Positions 36,860 to 50,000 of a stretch of DNA of 64,000 bases are shown here, piece after piece. Each line of letters starts with the position of its first letter. The first letter of the stretch is position 1. The position numbers were made by a program, and so were the translations under genes. This DNA comes from Nemertoderma westbladi (lineage: Eukaryota; Animalia; Xenacoelomorpha): positions 1 to 64,000 of the forward strand of contig JAUCBJ010007728.1 in the NCBI GenBank assembly GCA_032718475.1. The letters are read 5' to 3'. The notes under the pieces are model-generated. The model did no database searches. It worked only from the letters and a program-made list of their open reading frames with translations, and was not told where the DNA came from.

Positions 36860-37078
36860 AAAGGTAGAACTAATGTCTACAAATTCAAACGGTAGATGAA
36901 AACCAATATCTACAAGGAAATGTACTAAATGTAGAACAAATGTCTACAAATACATATGGTAGGTTGTAGGTCTGTAGGTAGATGAAGAACCAATATCTAC
37001 ACATGGAAATAAACGAAACAAAAGGTAGAACTAATGTCTACAAATGCATACTGGTATGGGTAGAACTTATCTACCAGT
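36860..37078. repeat. Degenerate short repeats GGTAGAACTAATGTCTACA / GGTAGATGAARACCAATATCTACA in the BEL 5' UTR
   Basis: Six alternating GTAGA...TCTAC mini-palindromes are visible. Confidence 0.7.
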
Positions 37079-38041
37079 CTGTCAGTTAAAATTAACTAAC
37101 ACAACATTACTACATTAGATAGATACATCAGTACATACATACATACAGTCCCTGCTAACCAGACACGCTACACGCTATTATACCAAACGTTTGTTTATAT
37201 GCTTGAATCATGTTGACATGTTTTTTTTCTAAACTTGTTTTAATCAACATGTTATTTTAACATCTAAATAACATAATATCCAATCATGTTATAATCAAAC
37301 ATTTGTTGATCACGTTTTTATGATACCTAAATGTAACATGTTTTATCATGTAATTATTTAACATTTGTTTTACACGTTATTGTGTAACATAAATCATACA
37401 TGTTTATTCCAGCTGTTTGTTAAATGCTACTTTGTCGTGTTGAACAAACGTCCTGCACATCATTGCCAATATGTCCTTAAGGCTGTTTGAATAAACCGCC
37501 TAAAATTTACCGCCAAATTCGTTTATAGGCCTATAAATCATGCAGCAGTGCATGCAGTACTGCAGTACATCAGTCAGTCAGTAGACACTCCACTGCCTGC
37601 CCCAGCCTACCAGCACCCACTCAGCCACATTCTGAGAGCTTGACAGTAGTGCTGCAGGTAGGCAGTGTGTAGGCCAGCTGTTTACTGGTTTAAGTGCTGC
37701 AATAGGGTTGACCATACTCTGATAAGGCCATATGTTTGTTTACTGCCGTATGCCTATATTAACTGTTTAAGTTATTTTTAATTAAGCTTCATACTGCCTG
37801 ACTGTCATATAAACTGATAAATCTTTTTATATTATACATTATATGTTATATAGGCCTACATAACATATATAATACATAATACTGTAATATATGTCATATA
37901 CATTATATATTATTTATGTACATTATATAGGCCTAGCAGCCTAGCCTAATTGTATTGTAATACCAGAATACAGTAATATGTCTGTATGTAATGCAGTCAG
38001 GCAGTGCAGTGCCAGTAATTCGATGACGACGACAGTTTAGA

Positions 38042-40665
38042 TTGGGCTCTGTCTTCCTGGCGCTGGTTGGTCGAAACAACAGGCAAGCGGCAAGGGCTGC
38101 ACTGGCAGACTGGCTGACTGGAAAAATATTATGGCCTCCTCGAAATGCCGGCCTACTACCGGTACAGCGGTACGTTGGAAAGAATTTTCGAATCCAGATC
38201 TTCTGTCAACTGTCAAGTTGGCCCACATTTAATGCGAAGGTTCTTCACTTAACAGGTTTGTATTGAACTTGAATAGGCTTCTTACACATCGTTATTTCAG
38301 TGATTCAAGTGATTAAAATCCTAATCCTGTAATCTATTTGGATCAAATAGAGGGAAAAAGCGCCGGCGGTCGGAAGTAAATTACACATGCCAGCATGCGG
38401 TCCCAGGCAGCCAGCTAAAGATACGCATCAGATTCTGGCGATGAGGTTATTATTTTACTTACTACTACTGTACTAGGCCTTGCTGTTAGGTTAGGCCAAC
38501 TTGGTACTTTGGGCCGTTTATAAATCGTCAGATCGTGCATATGCTTAAACTGTAATTTAAAATAAAACATGCCTTACTCTGGCTATCTATGGTAGGTAAG
38601 TAAATGTTTGCTTTATTTTTTACTCATTTCCTCTTTATAAACCAGTCCCCAGTGCAGTGGTAATGTGAAACAGTCTGTGATGGGTTGTGGTGACTTGTGC
38701 ACGTTGATCTAATTGCTCCAATGCTATATGTATATATATTATTATCATTTTAGGTGGAATATATGAGCGACAATGAATCCAATCATGTTTCCAATACGAT
38801 ACTCACACTGATTACCCAGACAACTAACAATACGTTGATCATTGATACTCAGAGGTGAGTTGTGATACCGCCTCTCCCTCTATCTACAACCTAACCCTAT
38901 TCTAAGACAACACTAAACTCTAGACTTACCTAACCAAACCCTTTCACCAAGCTACCACTATATATCCCATGGCGATATTTTCTCGAAATATTTTCCAGTC
39001 TCGATGTTTTATATATCGAGACGCTTTTTTATACTTTTGGAAGCAGAGACAGAAGTTGGGCGAGACAGAAGTCACAGCCACTCAAAGCTATGTTACAACC
39101 ACTCAATGCTATGTCACAGCCACTCAATGCTATCTCACAGGCGCTCAATGCCATGTCACAGCCACTCAATGCAATGTCACAACCACTCAATGCTATGTCA
39201 CAGCCGCTCAATGCTATGTCACAGCCGCTCAATGCTATGTCACAGCCACTCAAAGCTATGTCACAGACACTCAACGCTATGTCACAGCCACTCAACACTA
39301 TCTCACAGGCGCTCAATGCCATGTCACAGCCACTCAATGCAATGTCACAACCACTCAATGCTATGTCACAGCCGCTCAATGCTATGTCACAGCCGCTCAA
39401 TGCTATGTCACAGCCACTCAAAGCTATGTCACAGACACTCAACGCTATGTCACAGCCACTCAACACTATCTCACAGGCGCTCAATGCCATGTCACAGCCA
39501 CTCAATGCAATGTCACAACCACTCAATGCTATGTCACAGCCGCTCAATGCTATGCCACAGCCACTCAATGATATGTCACAGCCGCTCAATGCTTTGTCAC
39601 AGCCACTCAAAGCTATGTCACAGCCACTCAACGCTATGTCACAGCCAATCAACGCTATGTCACAGCCACTCAATGCTATGCCACAGCCACCCAACGCTAT
39701 GTCACAGCCGCTCAATGCTATGTCACAGCCGCTCAATGCTTTGTCACAGCCACTCAAAGCTATGTCACAGCCACTCAACGCTATGTCACAGTTACTCAAC
39801 GCTATGTCACAGCCACTCAACGCTATGTCACAGCCAATCAACGCTAGCCACCCAACGCTATGTCACAGCCAATCAACGCTATGTCACAGCCACTCAATGA
39901 TATGTCACAGCCGCTCAATGCTTTGTCACAGCCACTCAAAGCTATGTCACAGCCAAGCCACTCAACGCTATGTCACAGCCAATCAACGCTATGTCACAGC
40001 CACTCAATGCTATGCCACAGCCACCGAACGCTATGTCACAGCCGCTCAATGCTATGTCACAGCCACTCAACGCTATGTCACAGCCAATCAACGCTAGCCA
40101 CCCAACGCTATGTCACAGCCAATCAACGCTATGTCACAGCCACTCAATGATATGTCACAGCCGCTCAATGCTTTGTCACAGCCACTCAAAGCTATGTCAC
40201 AGCCACTCAAAGCTATGTCACAGCCACTCAACGCTATGTCACAGCCACTCAATGCTATGCCACAGCCACCCAACGCTATGTCACAGCCGCTCAATGCTAT
40301 GTCATAGCCGCTCAATGCATCACAGCCGCTCAATGCTTTGTCACAGCCACTCAAAGCTATGTCACAGCCACTCAACGCTATGTCACAGTTACTCAACGCT
40401 ATGTCACAGCCACTCAACGCTATGTCACAGCCAATCAACGCTAGCCACCCAACGCTATGTCACAGCTAATCAACGCTATGCCACAGCCACTCAATGCTAT
40501 GCCACAGCCACCCAACGCTATGTCACAGTCACCCAACGCTGGCCACCCATCGCTGGCCACCCAACGCTGTGTCACAGTCACCCAACGCTGGCCACCCATC
40601 GCTGGCCACCCAACGCTATGTCACAGCGACAGCCACTCAACAATTCCCCATTTATTTTTATTTAG
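38042..40665 (+). pseudogene. Spliced accessory gene of the CACTA-like element (TnpA/DUF4806-type N-terminus) with heptapeptide repeat expansion
   Basis: First segment has ADWL..ILWPP...WPTFNAKVL ending at CAG|GT (~38255). Exon 38754-38854 (TTTTAG| VEYMSDNES... |GTGAGT) splices in frame to the acceptor at 38998, which reads into (SQPLNAM)n. Motif resemblance is from memory, not a search. Confidence 0.5.
39071..40640. repeat. 21-bp minisatellite (GTCACAGCCACTCAATGCTAT)n, roughly 70-75 units
   Basis: Direct periodicity, 9-unit (189-bp) higher-order repeats in the first part, and occasional truncated units (AACGCTAGCCACCC). Confidence 0.97.
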
Positions 40666-40811
40666 GTTTACATCTAGTAGATAATTTATTGTAGATGATG
40701 AAGTCTTAGTCTAATATAATCGTAGTCCGAGCCTTATATTTTTTTTTTTAACACATAAATAAATTAATTTTCCAGATCCAAGATACGGGAAAGTTATTCC
40801 ACTTTGCTAGC

Positions 40812-40898
40812 GACGGATATCCTTGGTGGAACGGACTCCGGATTCAGTGATATCGACGGATCCTTGGTGGAACGGACTCCGGATTCAGTGATATCGAT
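40812..40898. repeat. ~41-bp tandem duplication
   Basis: GACGGA(TA)TCCTTGGTGGAACGGACTCCGGATTCAGTGATATC occurs twice. Confidence 0.9.
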
Positions 40899-41004
40899 GC
40901 GGCTGAAACTGAATGATCAATGTAACTGAAAACTCCCCGTGACGTCCCAACATTGTTGTTTTAATTGTAATTTGTTTTATCGTAAATGTTAATTGTTGTC
41001 TATT

Positions 41005-41509
41005 TTACAATGTATTGCCCCGGGGTGGGTGGGTGGGGGGGGGGGGGAACTGGACGCAATAAAAATTCATCCCTCTCCAGGGGAAATTCGACGCAAATAA
41101 CAGATGATTTCTCTCAAAAATAAAACTGTAACCTAATCTATTGTGCTTAGTTTATTGTTTTGGTTAAAATAATGTACCACTGTAACCTGCTCCTTTCCCT
41201 AAATTGAGAATTTAACATTGAGGCGGGATATTAATTCGCCAAGATGAGATTTGCGTCCAGTTACCCCCCTTGTCTCCAATTTTGGAACATTGAAGTGAAC
41301 AGGGAAATTTTTGCAACTATTTATTATATTTCAATATTGGATAATAATTTCCTTTGTGCTCTGATGGATAGCCCATAAAATTTTAGGAAAAGTCACAGAA
41401 TCTCGCTTTTCACAACATATCTGTTTCAAAGATACAGATTAATTTCAACAAAATTTAAATGACCCTCACCCACCCACCCCCCCCCCCCCCCCCAGGCCAA
41501 ATAGCGTTA
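41005..41509. mobile_element. Possible small degenerate MITE inside the CACTA-like element
   Basis: G-run/GGGT end (41020-41048) mirrored by a CCCA/C-run end (41462-41493) finishing in TTAA; inverted motif GGGGGAACTGGACGCAA vs TTGCGTCCAGTTACCCCC. No clean TSD. Confidence 0.35.
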
Positions 41510-42584
41510 AAGAAGGCTGCGGTTGGTCTATATTATTACAGTTCAAATGGAATTTTGTTTCATTTTTGTATATACAGTACAATTTTACTTAAAGTTTGTG
41601 CAATGCAGTTCATTTGTTTAATAGGTGTTGTTGTTATTGTGAACAATAACACTAGTTTTTAGGTGGTTAAGTTGTGCTGTACTGGCTACTAATACCTTGT
41701 GCTTAATAATATTCATGTTTTACACATAAATTATCTTCTTAATTCGAACAATTGCATACCATGGGAACAATCCGGTGGTCGAATCAATGGATGACCAAAT
41801 TAGTGTAGAGAATAACGATTTACAACGTTTAAAACAAACGTTTTCTTTGCATTAAAAAAACGTATATTTCCAAGCAATTTCGAAAGAACCGACGCATGAT
41901 TCACGTTAGTTACACATGCTAGACACACGTTTAATTCAAACGTCATAAAGAACCGGCGATTGGGTAACGTTTGTTTCATGCTATTTACACGTTTACTTCT
42001 AAACGTTTATTACATGCCACCCGCTTGGACAAAATAACATGAAAATTACCTATTTCTGGACGTGTCGCAAACGTTTTTTCAAACGTTTGCCATGTTCAAT
42101 AAAAATGTGATATAAACGTTAAAATAACATGCAATTGTTATCAGGGGTCAGGCAGACACCGGATAAAATTTAGAACAAAAAATAATAATGTAGGCTTAGC
42201 CTACTGTCAGACTGTTGTACTACTGTACTATGTACTAAGACTGTTCGGTTATTAAGATTTACAGTGGTAGCCTATCTATTTACAGTACCGTAGAACAATA
42301 GAGTGAAGTGAACTAACCAAAACACAGCACTGTACTGGTACCGGTACTGGTTTGACCTACCAGCCTACCGTCTGACCGTAACGGACTACAGGCAGACAGG
42401 ACTGACAGAAATATAGGAATCGGTACATATAAAATTCAATACAGTACCTAATTCTGTAATTGGTAATTAGCTACCGGTACTGTGCTACAACATTAGACCA
42501 TAGGTACCGGCCGACCGGTACGGCATACGGTAGGCCTAGCTGCCTAGTACAGTAGTACGGTACAAAAGTATGAAACGGAAAAAA

Positions 42585-42594
42585 GATCTTTCAA
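42585..42594 (-). promoter_or_regulatory. Non-canonical primer binding site candidate (TTGAAAGATC)
   Basis: Lies 3 nt downstream of the 5' LTR on the minus strand, lacks the TGG start of a tRNA PBS, and is complementary to LTR positions 43001-43010. Confidence 0.55.
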
Positions 42595-42597
42595 GAT

Positions 42598-43402
42598 TGT
42601 GGGTGTGCTAAGCCACAACTTACAGGGGTGAAATCTTACAGCACAGAAGGTTCGCCATGTCCTGCAATTGTCTGATTGTTACAGTTGAAAAATTGTGAAT
42701 ACTATAAACTGATATAATTGTATTGAAATTATTGCTTGTACAAAGACAGAAAGATATGTTGAGATAGATATATTGATGTATAGAAACTGGTACATGAATG
42801 TCAGACATCAGAATATCGGAATGTTACAGTTACATAATATATCGGACTTTACAAATACTGTAACAGCATAGATATAACTATATAAAGTAACCAATCTAAA
42901 CTATAGGACAACTATAACTAAGAACTATAACTGTATAATAAGAATTATAATGAGAACTATGCTACTATACTATACTATATTAAACTATACTACTATACTA
43001 TTGAAAGATCATGGAGCTTCCTACCCCTGATTGACTGCTTCCGGTGTCTGACTGTATGTATGCATGCAGTACGTCAGTACTGCAGTACCAGTATGATGTT
43101 CTGACTGCTGATCAATAATAATGATGCCAGCTAGGCAGAACAGATTCCTGATATTACGGAGGTTGGGATGGATAAGCCAATCAGGGAACAGGACAGTAAT
43201 CCTACCATATAAGGTAATACAAACATAAGGTTGCGTGCGCTGTCTCTATTATATGGAGACAGCTGGTAATAAAATGCACAAATAGAAATATATGTGGGGC
43301 GAGTCATAAACTATGAAAAGCTCTAAGGTAATATAATATTCTTAGTTAAAGATAATAAAGATATTGTAACTCTCTATATAAATGCATAATAGGTAGTTGA
43401 CA
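42598..43402 (-). repeat. 5' LTR of the BEL/Pao element
   Basis: 805 bp, near-identical to 26702-27506. Confidence 0.97.
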
Positions 43403-44269
43403 CTATCTCCCTATTAATATTGTTGTGTTCTAGAATATTTATTATTGTTTCATCGTATTGCTAAAGTGGCTGGAGCTAAAGTTATTATGTAATGCAATAA
43501 TTCACCTCAAATATCTCAGCTATTTCAAGAACATAATGAAGTATTAAAGCCATGTCAAAGTAATTGGTGTTTTTCTGCAATAATTTATCAAAATATCTTC
43601 TGATTTTTTTCAAAAACCATATCGATTTTCATATTTATATCTTCTAACCCACTCCACGAAATAGAGAATCTTAAATGAAAGTCAAAATAACAGGTAACAC
43701 TTACATTTATAGAAGTAATCAGCTGTTATTTGCTACGTCTTTCCGCTGAAGATGAATGAATTTTGATTGTGTCAGAAAACCCCCTATCTGTGGTTGTATG
43801 AGTGGAGATATAAGTAGCCTATCTCCCTATTAATATTGTTGTGTTCTAGAATATTTATTATTGTTTCATCGTATTGCTAAAGTGGCTGGAGCTAAAGTTA
43901 TTATGTAATGCAATAATTCACCTCAAATATCTCAGCTATTTCATGAACATAATGAAGACATAGTGGAGAGATAAGTAGCCTATCTCCTTGTTAATATTGT
44001 TGTGTTCTAGAATATTTATTATAGTTTCATCCTATTGCCAAAGTGACTAGAGCTGAAGTTGACTCATAATACAATAATTCACCTCAAATATCTCAGCTAT
44101 TTCAGTAACATAATGAAGTATTAAAGCCATCTCGAAATCCTTGGTGTTTTTCTGCAATAATTTATCAGAATATACTCTGTTTTTTTACAAAAACCATATC
44201 GATTTTCATATTTATAACTTCTAACCCACTCCAAGAGATAGAGAATCTTAAATGAAAGTCACAAGAACA
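43403..44269. repeat. ~416-bp satellite, block 4
   Basis: Resumes exactly after the CTATC TSD and is interrupted at ...CACAAGAACA|TGTTATAGG. Confidence 0.97.
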
Positions 44270-47045
44270 TGTTATAGGATATTTTAGAGTAGATTATTAT
44301 AGGACCTAAGAGGCCAAGCCTATGTGCTAGTTAGTTCTGTAGTTGGTTGTACTGATTTTGGCTGTTGTGCATTGTACCGTGACATACCCTATTATACCAG
44401 TATACTGCCTGTCTGTGGTGATATCTTTGTTTTTGATTATGCATGACACTCTGCGGGCCTTTGGACCGTATGATATGGCGTCCCTGGTTGTCGAATTGCA
44501 ACACCTGAAACTGCAGAACTGTTGTATTAATACCTGCTGTCAGGCTGTACTGCAGTCTTAATACAGTAATACCGACGACGGTCAGACGGTATTGCAGCAC
44601 CGGCATTGTCAATCATTTGCAGATTTGCCTGACTTTCTGTCTTAATTATAGTGGATTTTGAATCATTTAACCTGCATATTGCAGTATTGCATTTTACCTC
44701 CTACCTCGTGACAATTTACAGATTTTGGATTATATTATTCCTGCAGTCCTGTATTTGATATTTCAACATTTATTTTACTGATTTTTAGGTACAACAGTAG
44801 GCTAACGCTACCGGCACCGGGCCTTGAAGCCTACCGGTACTGCTGGCTGGCTGAGTTACCCTGGCTGGCTGAGTTTTCTACATACACTTCAGCATTTCTA
44901 CAGTTATATGATTATTTTATTATTTGTATTGGCCTAAGGCTGTAAGGCATAAGGCCACACTTTAGCACTTTTATTCATGCAAAGTGAATGAGTTGCAATC
45001 ACTACGATCTCTCCTCTTTGCATAGCAGCTGCTTAAATTTGTAAGTTCAGAAATTAGGCCTAATGTAAGGCATATATATTTATAAAATTATATTAGCCTT
45101 TTGTTTGAATCTGGGTACTGGTACCGTACCTAAACCTACTTAATGTCGACAAAGAATATTGATTAAAGAAGAATAATAAAGGTATGTTATGTTACACTGA
45201 ATAAGTATTTATGAATTGAGTCCCTTCATGCTTCATTTCTTTACCGTTTACCGGTATTCAGCTATTTACCTCATCCCAGCTGAATTTGATTTATCTTTCC
45301 TATGTGAATTATTTTAATTGAGACTTAAAATTATGTGGCAATATTTGAATTTATTGGATACTTGAATAGTCTACCTTCAAGAGTTCAAATGCTTTAGACT
45401 GTGATTATCTGATTAGCCATTACAGCATTAGCCACAGACCAGACTGTGCTGTAGGCCTATAGGCTAAATGTGTTAATTTGAGATTTATTTATAACTTTAT
45501 TTAAAGAAGTATATATAATGGTAATTTAATTGTCTAATTGGGCAATACTGTTATTATTTTCATCTTACCCGAAGTTGCTGACTTGGTTATAATTCAGTAA
45601 TTGGTGGTACAGTCAATGGACTGACTGATTAACATTATTAATTGAAACATAGATATTAACTTTTATTGTTTCAGTAATTTTAACTGTTTGGATACTCCCT
45701 TATAGACTACAAATATTACATAATCATGCCTACAAAAGCAGAATTGGAAGAATTATTGTCAACATTAAAGTCAAAAAATTTACAAATGGTTAATATATTG
45801 AAACAAATTGGTATAAATCATGAGTTCTTAGGCATAAAAGATGTGGAAATAAATTTAAAACAAGAAATAAATGAATTTGAAACATCATGTATAAAAATAA
45901 GTTCTTCAATGGATAATGAAATTACTAGCCTGGTACATAAACATAATCAACTTGAAACAGATTATGCCAGTTTAGAGAAAAAGTATATTAGTATGAGAAA
46001 TGAGTTTGGATATTTACAGAGCAAACATGATAATTTACAGGAACAAGTTGAAGAATGTCAAGGTGAAATTCTTTCAATGTCACAGCAACCAAATAATACT
46101 GTTTTAGAAATGTCTGCACCTGTAACATGTGAGCAATGTATACAATTAAAGAGTAAGTGTATTTACTTGGGAAAAGAAGCTTCAAAATTACATGATACAG
46201 TTGAAGAGCATAAAGGAATTATCGAAAGTTTAAACCAACAGATACAAAGTTCATTAATCATTGAGGAAAATGAAAAATATAAATAATTAGTTACTTCATA
46301 TGAAGAAATGAAATCACACTTGTCTGCATGTCAAAATGATTATCTAACAATTCAAGATGAACTTTTACTTTTGAAACGTGAATATAGATCTAGATGGGAA
46401 TTTTTGAATAATTCCATTCCAGTACCCAATGTTACACTGAAAAGTAGAAAAATCAATTTTTTTACAAAAGAGATATCAAGTGGAATTGAAGGTGTTGATA
46501 GTAAACCACTTGAATCATCTCCTATAGAATGTGATAAACCAGCAGGTAATATTAGTCCAATATTTCATCAACAAGAGTTGTATGATACTAGGAATGCCTG
46601 CCCTGAATTAAATCCAAATGCTAGAAATTTCAACTCATTTTCTAGTCAAGGTATCAATTCAACTAATTGGAGACAGCCATCAACAGAAATCCCCAAATAC
46701 AAACGACTTCCAGTCAATATAAACAAATATGATAATCTGAAAGATGGCTCATTCTCAACATGGGTGGCTAATGCTGAACTTGAGTTGGATGTAGCTGGAT
46801 ATCATGGAGATAGAGAACGCATAAGTAAAATATTAAACAATCTGAAGAGTGGATCAACAATTTGTGATGCTGATCGGGATTATTTTAGTAATAACCCTGA
46901 TGTTACATATTCAGCTTTTGTCAGTTACCTAACTGTACATTTTGATAAAGATGATACACCACAAGAAGCTCTTGATGCTTTACAGAGAATAAGACAACGT
47001 AGTGATCAACAACTACAACATTACAAAGATTATGTTCAAAAAAAG
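44270..47045 (+). mobile_element. 5' part of an LTR retrotransposon (LTR/UTR plus gag), 3'-truncated; possibly Gypsy-like
   Basis: Begins with TG exactly at the satellite break. AATAAA followed by ...GTTACA at ~45175-45196 could end the LTR. A gag-like ORF follows, with an abrupt composition change near 47045. Confidence 0.6.
45726..47045 (+). pseudogene. gag: Retrotransposon Gag-like protein (coiled-coil plus capsid-like region), premature stop and truncation
   Basis: ORFs 45726-46286 and 46308- are in the same frame (TAA at 46284). YD...SFSTWV..AEL...TYSAFVSYL..HF...EALDALQRIRQ...QHY resembles retrotransposon gag cores. Confidence 0.7.
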
Positions 47046-47073
47046 GGCGCTGCTTTACTTCGCTTTACTTTAG

Positions 47074-50000
47074 ATCGCGCGGCTGTACCATATGAATATG
47101 TATTTATGACACGAAGAGCCGCTACCTGCAGTCCGAGATCAGTTCGACGGAATGCATCTGTACCGGAGGACTCGAGGCGAGGATCAGGAGACGCCGAAAA
47201 TCTTCAGCGTGTACAAGCTGTTTTACAAGTGTGGTGAATGCATGAACAAACAAGACATGGCGATTCCCGACCGACTAGACGAGCAACATCCAGAACCGAT
47301 ATTAACGCGATGTCCAGCTCACCAGTTCCTTAGATATAACGAGGGAGGTTACCCGATGAGCAACCCGATGATCAGTATCGACTTCAGCGGAAAGCGACCT
47401 CCAAGACCCATTATGCCGACCGTTGCGACATTAGATCCGTATACGGAGATTAAACCCTGTTCGACACCCAGTTTGATAGAGACGGCAGCGGCCATTTCGC
47501 TGTACTTAGCCTATAAGGATCTAGAGGCGCGGCACGAAGCGGCACGGGACTCGGGTACCAAACCCGCGGGTTTGGAGCTCTCGAGTCCCTGGACTACGTT
47601 TACTTCGCCTCACCGAGTGAGAAGCCTCACGCCTGAGCATCAGGACGACATAGACGCGTTGCGGCAGGAGGAGCGAGCGGCGAAGGCGAAAGAGTTATTC
47701 GAGAAGAGGATAGCGGAGTACAATAAGACCGCGGATTGACATCAAGAGGAGACGAGGAGAGTGACCGGATTTGTTCCACAGGTCGTATCTCAACCCCGAC
47801 CGGTGTATTATTCCGACGGCAATGAACCTGCGATATTAGTAGATCATCCGGAGTCGCGAGAAGCGATACGATTCTTGCCGATGGTAAGAATGGCGGATCA
47901 TTGGAACGTCGACTGTCTACGGGAAGTTTTATGCGCGAAGTTCTTGCGTGATGTCCCAATGCAGATCACGGATTATGACATATTGGACAAGATTGGAGCT
48001 CCGGGGAAGGAGAGCAAACTATTTGGATGGTTGGATAAGTCCATCAAAGTATGGGTCGCGGTGGCTACATTCCCAGACGATGAGGAGGTAGACCAGACGT
48101 GGCTGAGGAGGAAGGGTTCTTACACCCGATATGATGACCACAAGGCTATCGAGCGCATGTGGACCCCATCAGACGAGATTCAGCGTCAGTGGAGGAAAAC
48201 GGAGGAATCACTGCAGGATTGGAGGGTGATGTTCTACGATAATGAAGGAGGGTCCCATCAAGAATGTTTGACTAGCAAGTGCATTCAAATTCGCGCAGCC
48301 GATGGTGTGACTCATGTGTTTATGCGCGTAAGGGCGGATCGAGAGAGACCGGAGCCCATCATAACGACACAATATCGGAAAGGGAAGGATCCTAGGGAAC
48401 AGATTTTGGAGGTATGCAGGCGAGGAGGTATGCACGGAGCGGAGCGTATCGACGCCAGGATGCTACCCAAGAAGGTTAGAGAGGCTATTCTCAACCAAGA
48501 TTACGTCAAGGTGGGATCAGGAGTCCAGAGCGATTTGGAGAGTGACTTCAACGCCATGACTGATCTGGAAGATAGATTGCCGAGACCGTTTGTCGACACC
48601 AAGCTATTGTTGCTATGGGCACAGGATATTGGAATTTATAGAGAGTATCCCAACTCTGCCAAGACTGGTATGGGCTTTATAGCACATTTGTTGTATAATT
48701 GGGACTTTAAGTTAAAGACGCAGAAGAAGTACGAGGAGGCGTATGGTGAATACAACACGCCACCGGGAGCAGAGTTCAAATCCCACTTCAAGCGGCAAGC
48801 GTTAGTATATTGGAACATTTGCGCGCCACCCCGTGCGTCGCTACAATATTATTTGGTGCTTGAGTCGAACACGGTAACTTGTTTATTAGCGGATATCGTT
48901 GCGTGAGTTTTGAAGCGTCATCCATTGGTATTCGGAGGAGATCAATACGTTCGCTCGAAAGGGGGAATCCAATCCGACGTGATGAAGCGTTTCTTAACCC
49001 CGTTCTTCAACCAATCGTTAGAGAATACGTCGATGGTTAGGAGAGGATTAGCGATATTCGAAGGAGTATATCGACAGAACATTGGAGATTTGGGAGACCG
49101 ACCGTCGATTGAGTATCCGACGCCAGAAGCTTTGGAGAAGTGGTTCGGGAATCAAACCCACGGGTTTGGTACTCCCTTCCACTCGGAGGCTGATAGACCT
49201 GTTAAGGAGGGCTGGCCGGAGACGTTAGTAGAGGTGTTCGGAGTAGATCTTCCGGTGGAGAAGACATATCCGAAACGAATGCGGGAGGAAATATTGGAGA
49301 TAGAGGACAAGGGCGAGGATGTTTACTTTGTTCCGGATCGAAAACCGCTGACCGGAGAGGACGACATCGTATTAGACATTGGGAAAGAAGGAAGTGCGAA
49401 ACCGATTGGAGACCTCATATACGAGAGGGCCTGGTCTCCACAAGCGCGTAGGTGTAAGTTGTGCGGCAGCACAAGGCACAATCAAAAGTCGTGCGACGCG
49501 GTAGTAGAGGCGGCGCATAAGGTCTGCCGTTGGTGTAATGAGACCGACCATTCGTTTCACACGTGCACCGTCTTCATTTCTCAATGCGGATATTGTGGAG
49601 TAAAGGGACATCGTAGCGCGAGATGTCAGCTGCGAGATGATTCCTTCCAAAACCATAGCGCTAACCTACTTCGGGAGATGTTAGATAAGTGGGAGAGTGT
49701 GGCCGACTACCACATTCAAGCGCAGATGCGTTGGTTACCATTTAAGGCGGGATACGGATTCTGGGCAGTAGACCCATCTCACGTTGCATATGAGCCGTAT
49801 TTACAGTCTTTGCAACAGTATCAAGAGCTCATCCTGACCGCTCAAGACCTTCCACAAAACACTGGAGTTATCGTAGTCCAAGAATACTTCAGACAGTTAA
49901 ATATGGATAACAAGTATACTTGGAACTTTGTTGCCATTTGCGACCGGATTACAAAAGGTCTGTTTTCAGAAACTAGAAAAGTGGTACGCGCGCGAGGTGA

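Larger units (their letters stand above)
37150..42146 (+). mobile_element. EnSpm/CACTA (CMC)-like DNA transposon nested in the BEL 5' UTR; no transposase seen
   Basis: TIR CCCTGCTAAC / GTTATCAGGG; 2-bp TSD GT (37148-37149, 42147-42148). Subterminal AAACGTT/AACATG-rich repeats at ~37180-37500 and ~41820-42130. Removing it restores CAGTCAGGCAG, resembling motifs elsewhere in this UTR. Confidence 0.75.
26702..43402 (-). mobile_element. Full-length BEL/Pao LTR retrotransposon (16.7 kb including a 5-kb nested insertion)
   Basis: Two 805-bp TG...CA LTRs; 5-bp TSD CTATC at 26697-26701 and 43403-43407; intact gag-pol on the minus strand. Confidence 0.97.

Noticed and set aside
39029-40438. LRR-like (LSGCDIA)n, His/Cys-rich and (VTATQCY)n ORFs
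   Set aside because: Alternative frames of a stop-poor 21-bp minisatellite; only the SQPLNAM frame has splice-site support.
46308-47237. Genuine Gag C-terminus or Gag-exonuclease fusion
   Set aside because: Composition changes abruptly at ~47045 and the exonuclease gene is in a different frame, so the tail is read-through across a junction.
47107-48906. UGA recoding (selenocysteine or alternative code) for the in-frame TGA stops in copy A and the truncated pol
   Set aside because: Single-base changes (CGA/TGG to TGA) explain them; neighbouring elements are also decayed with TAA/TAG stops and frameshifts.
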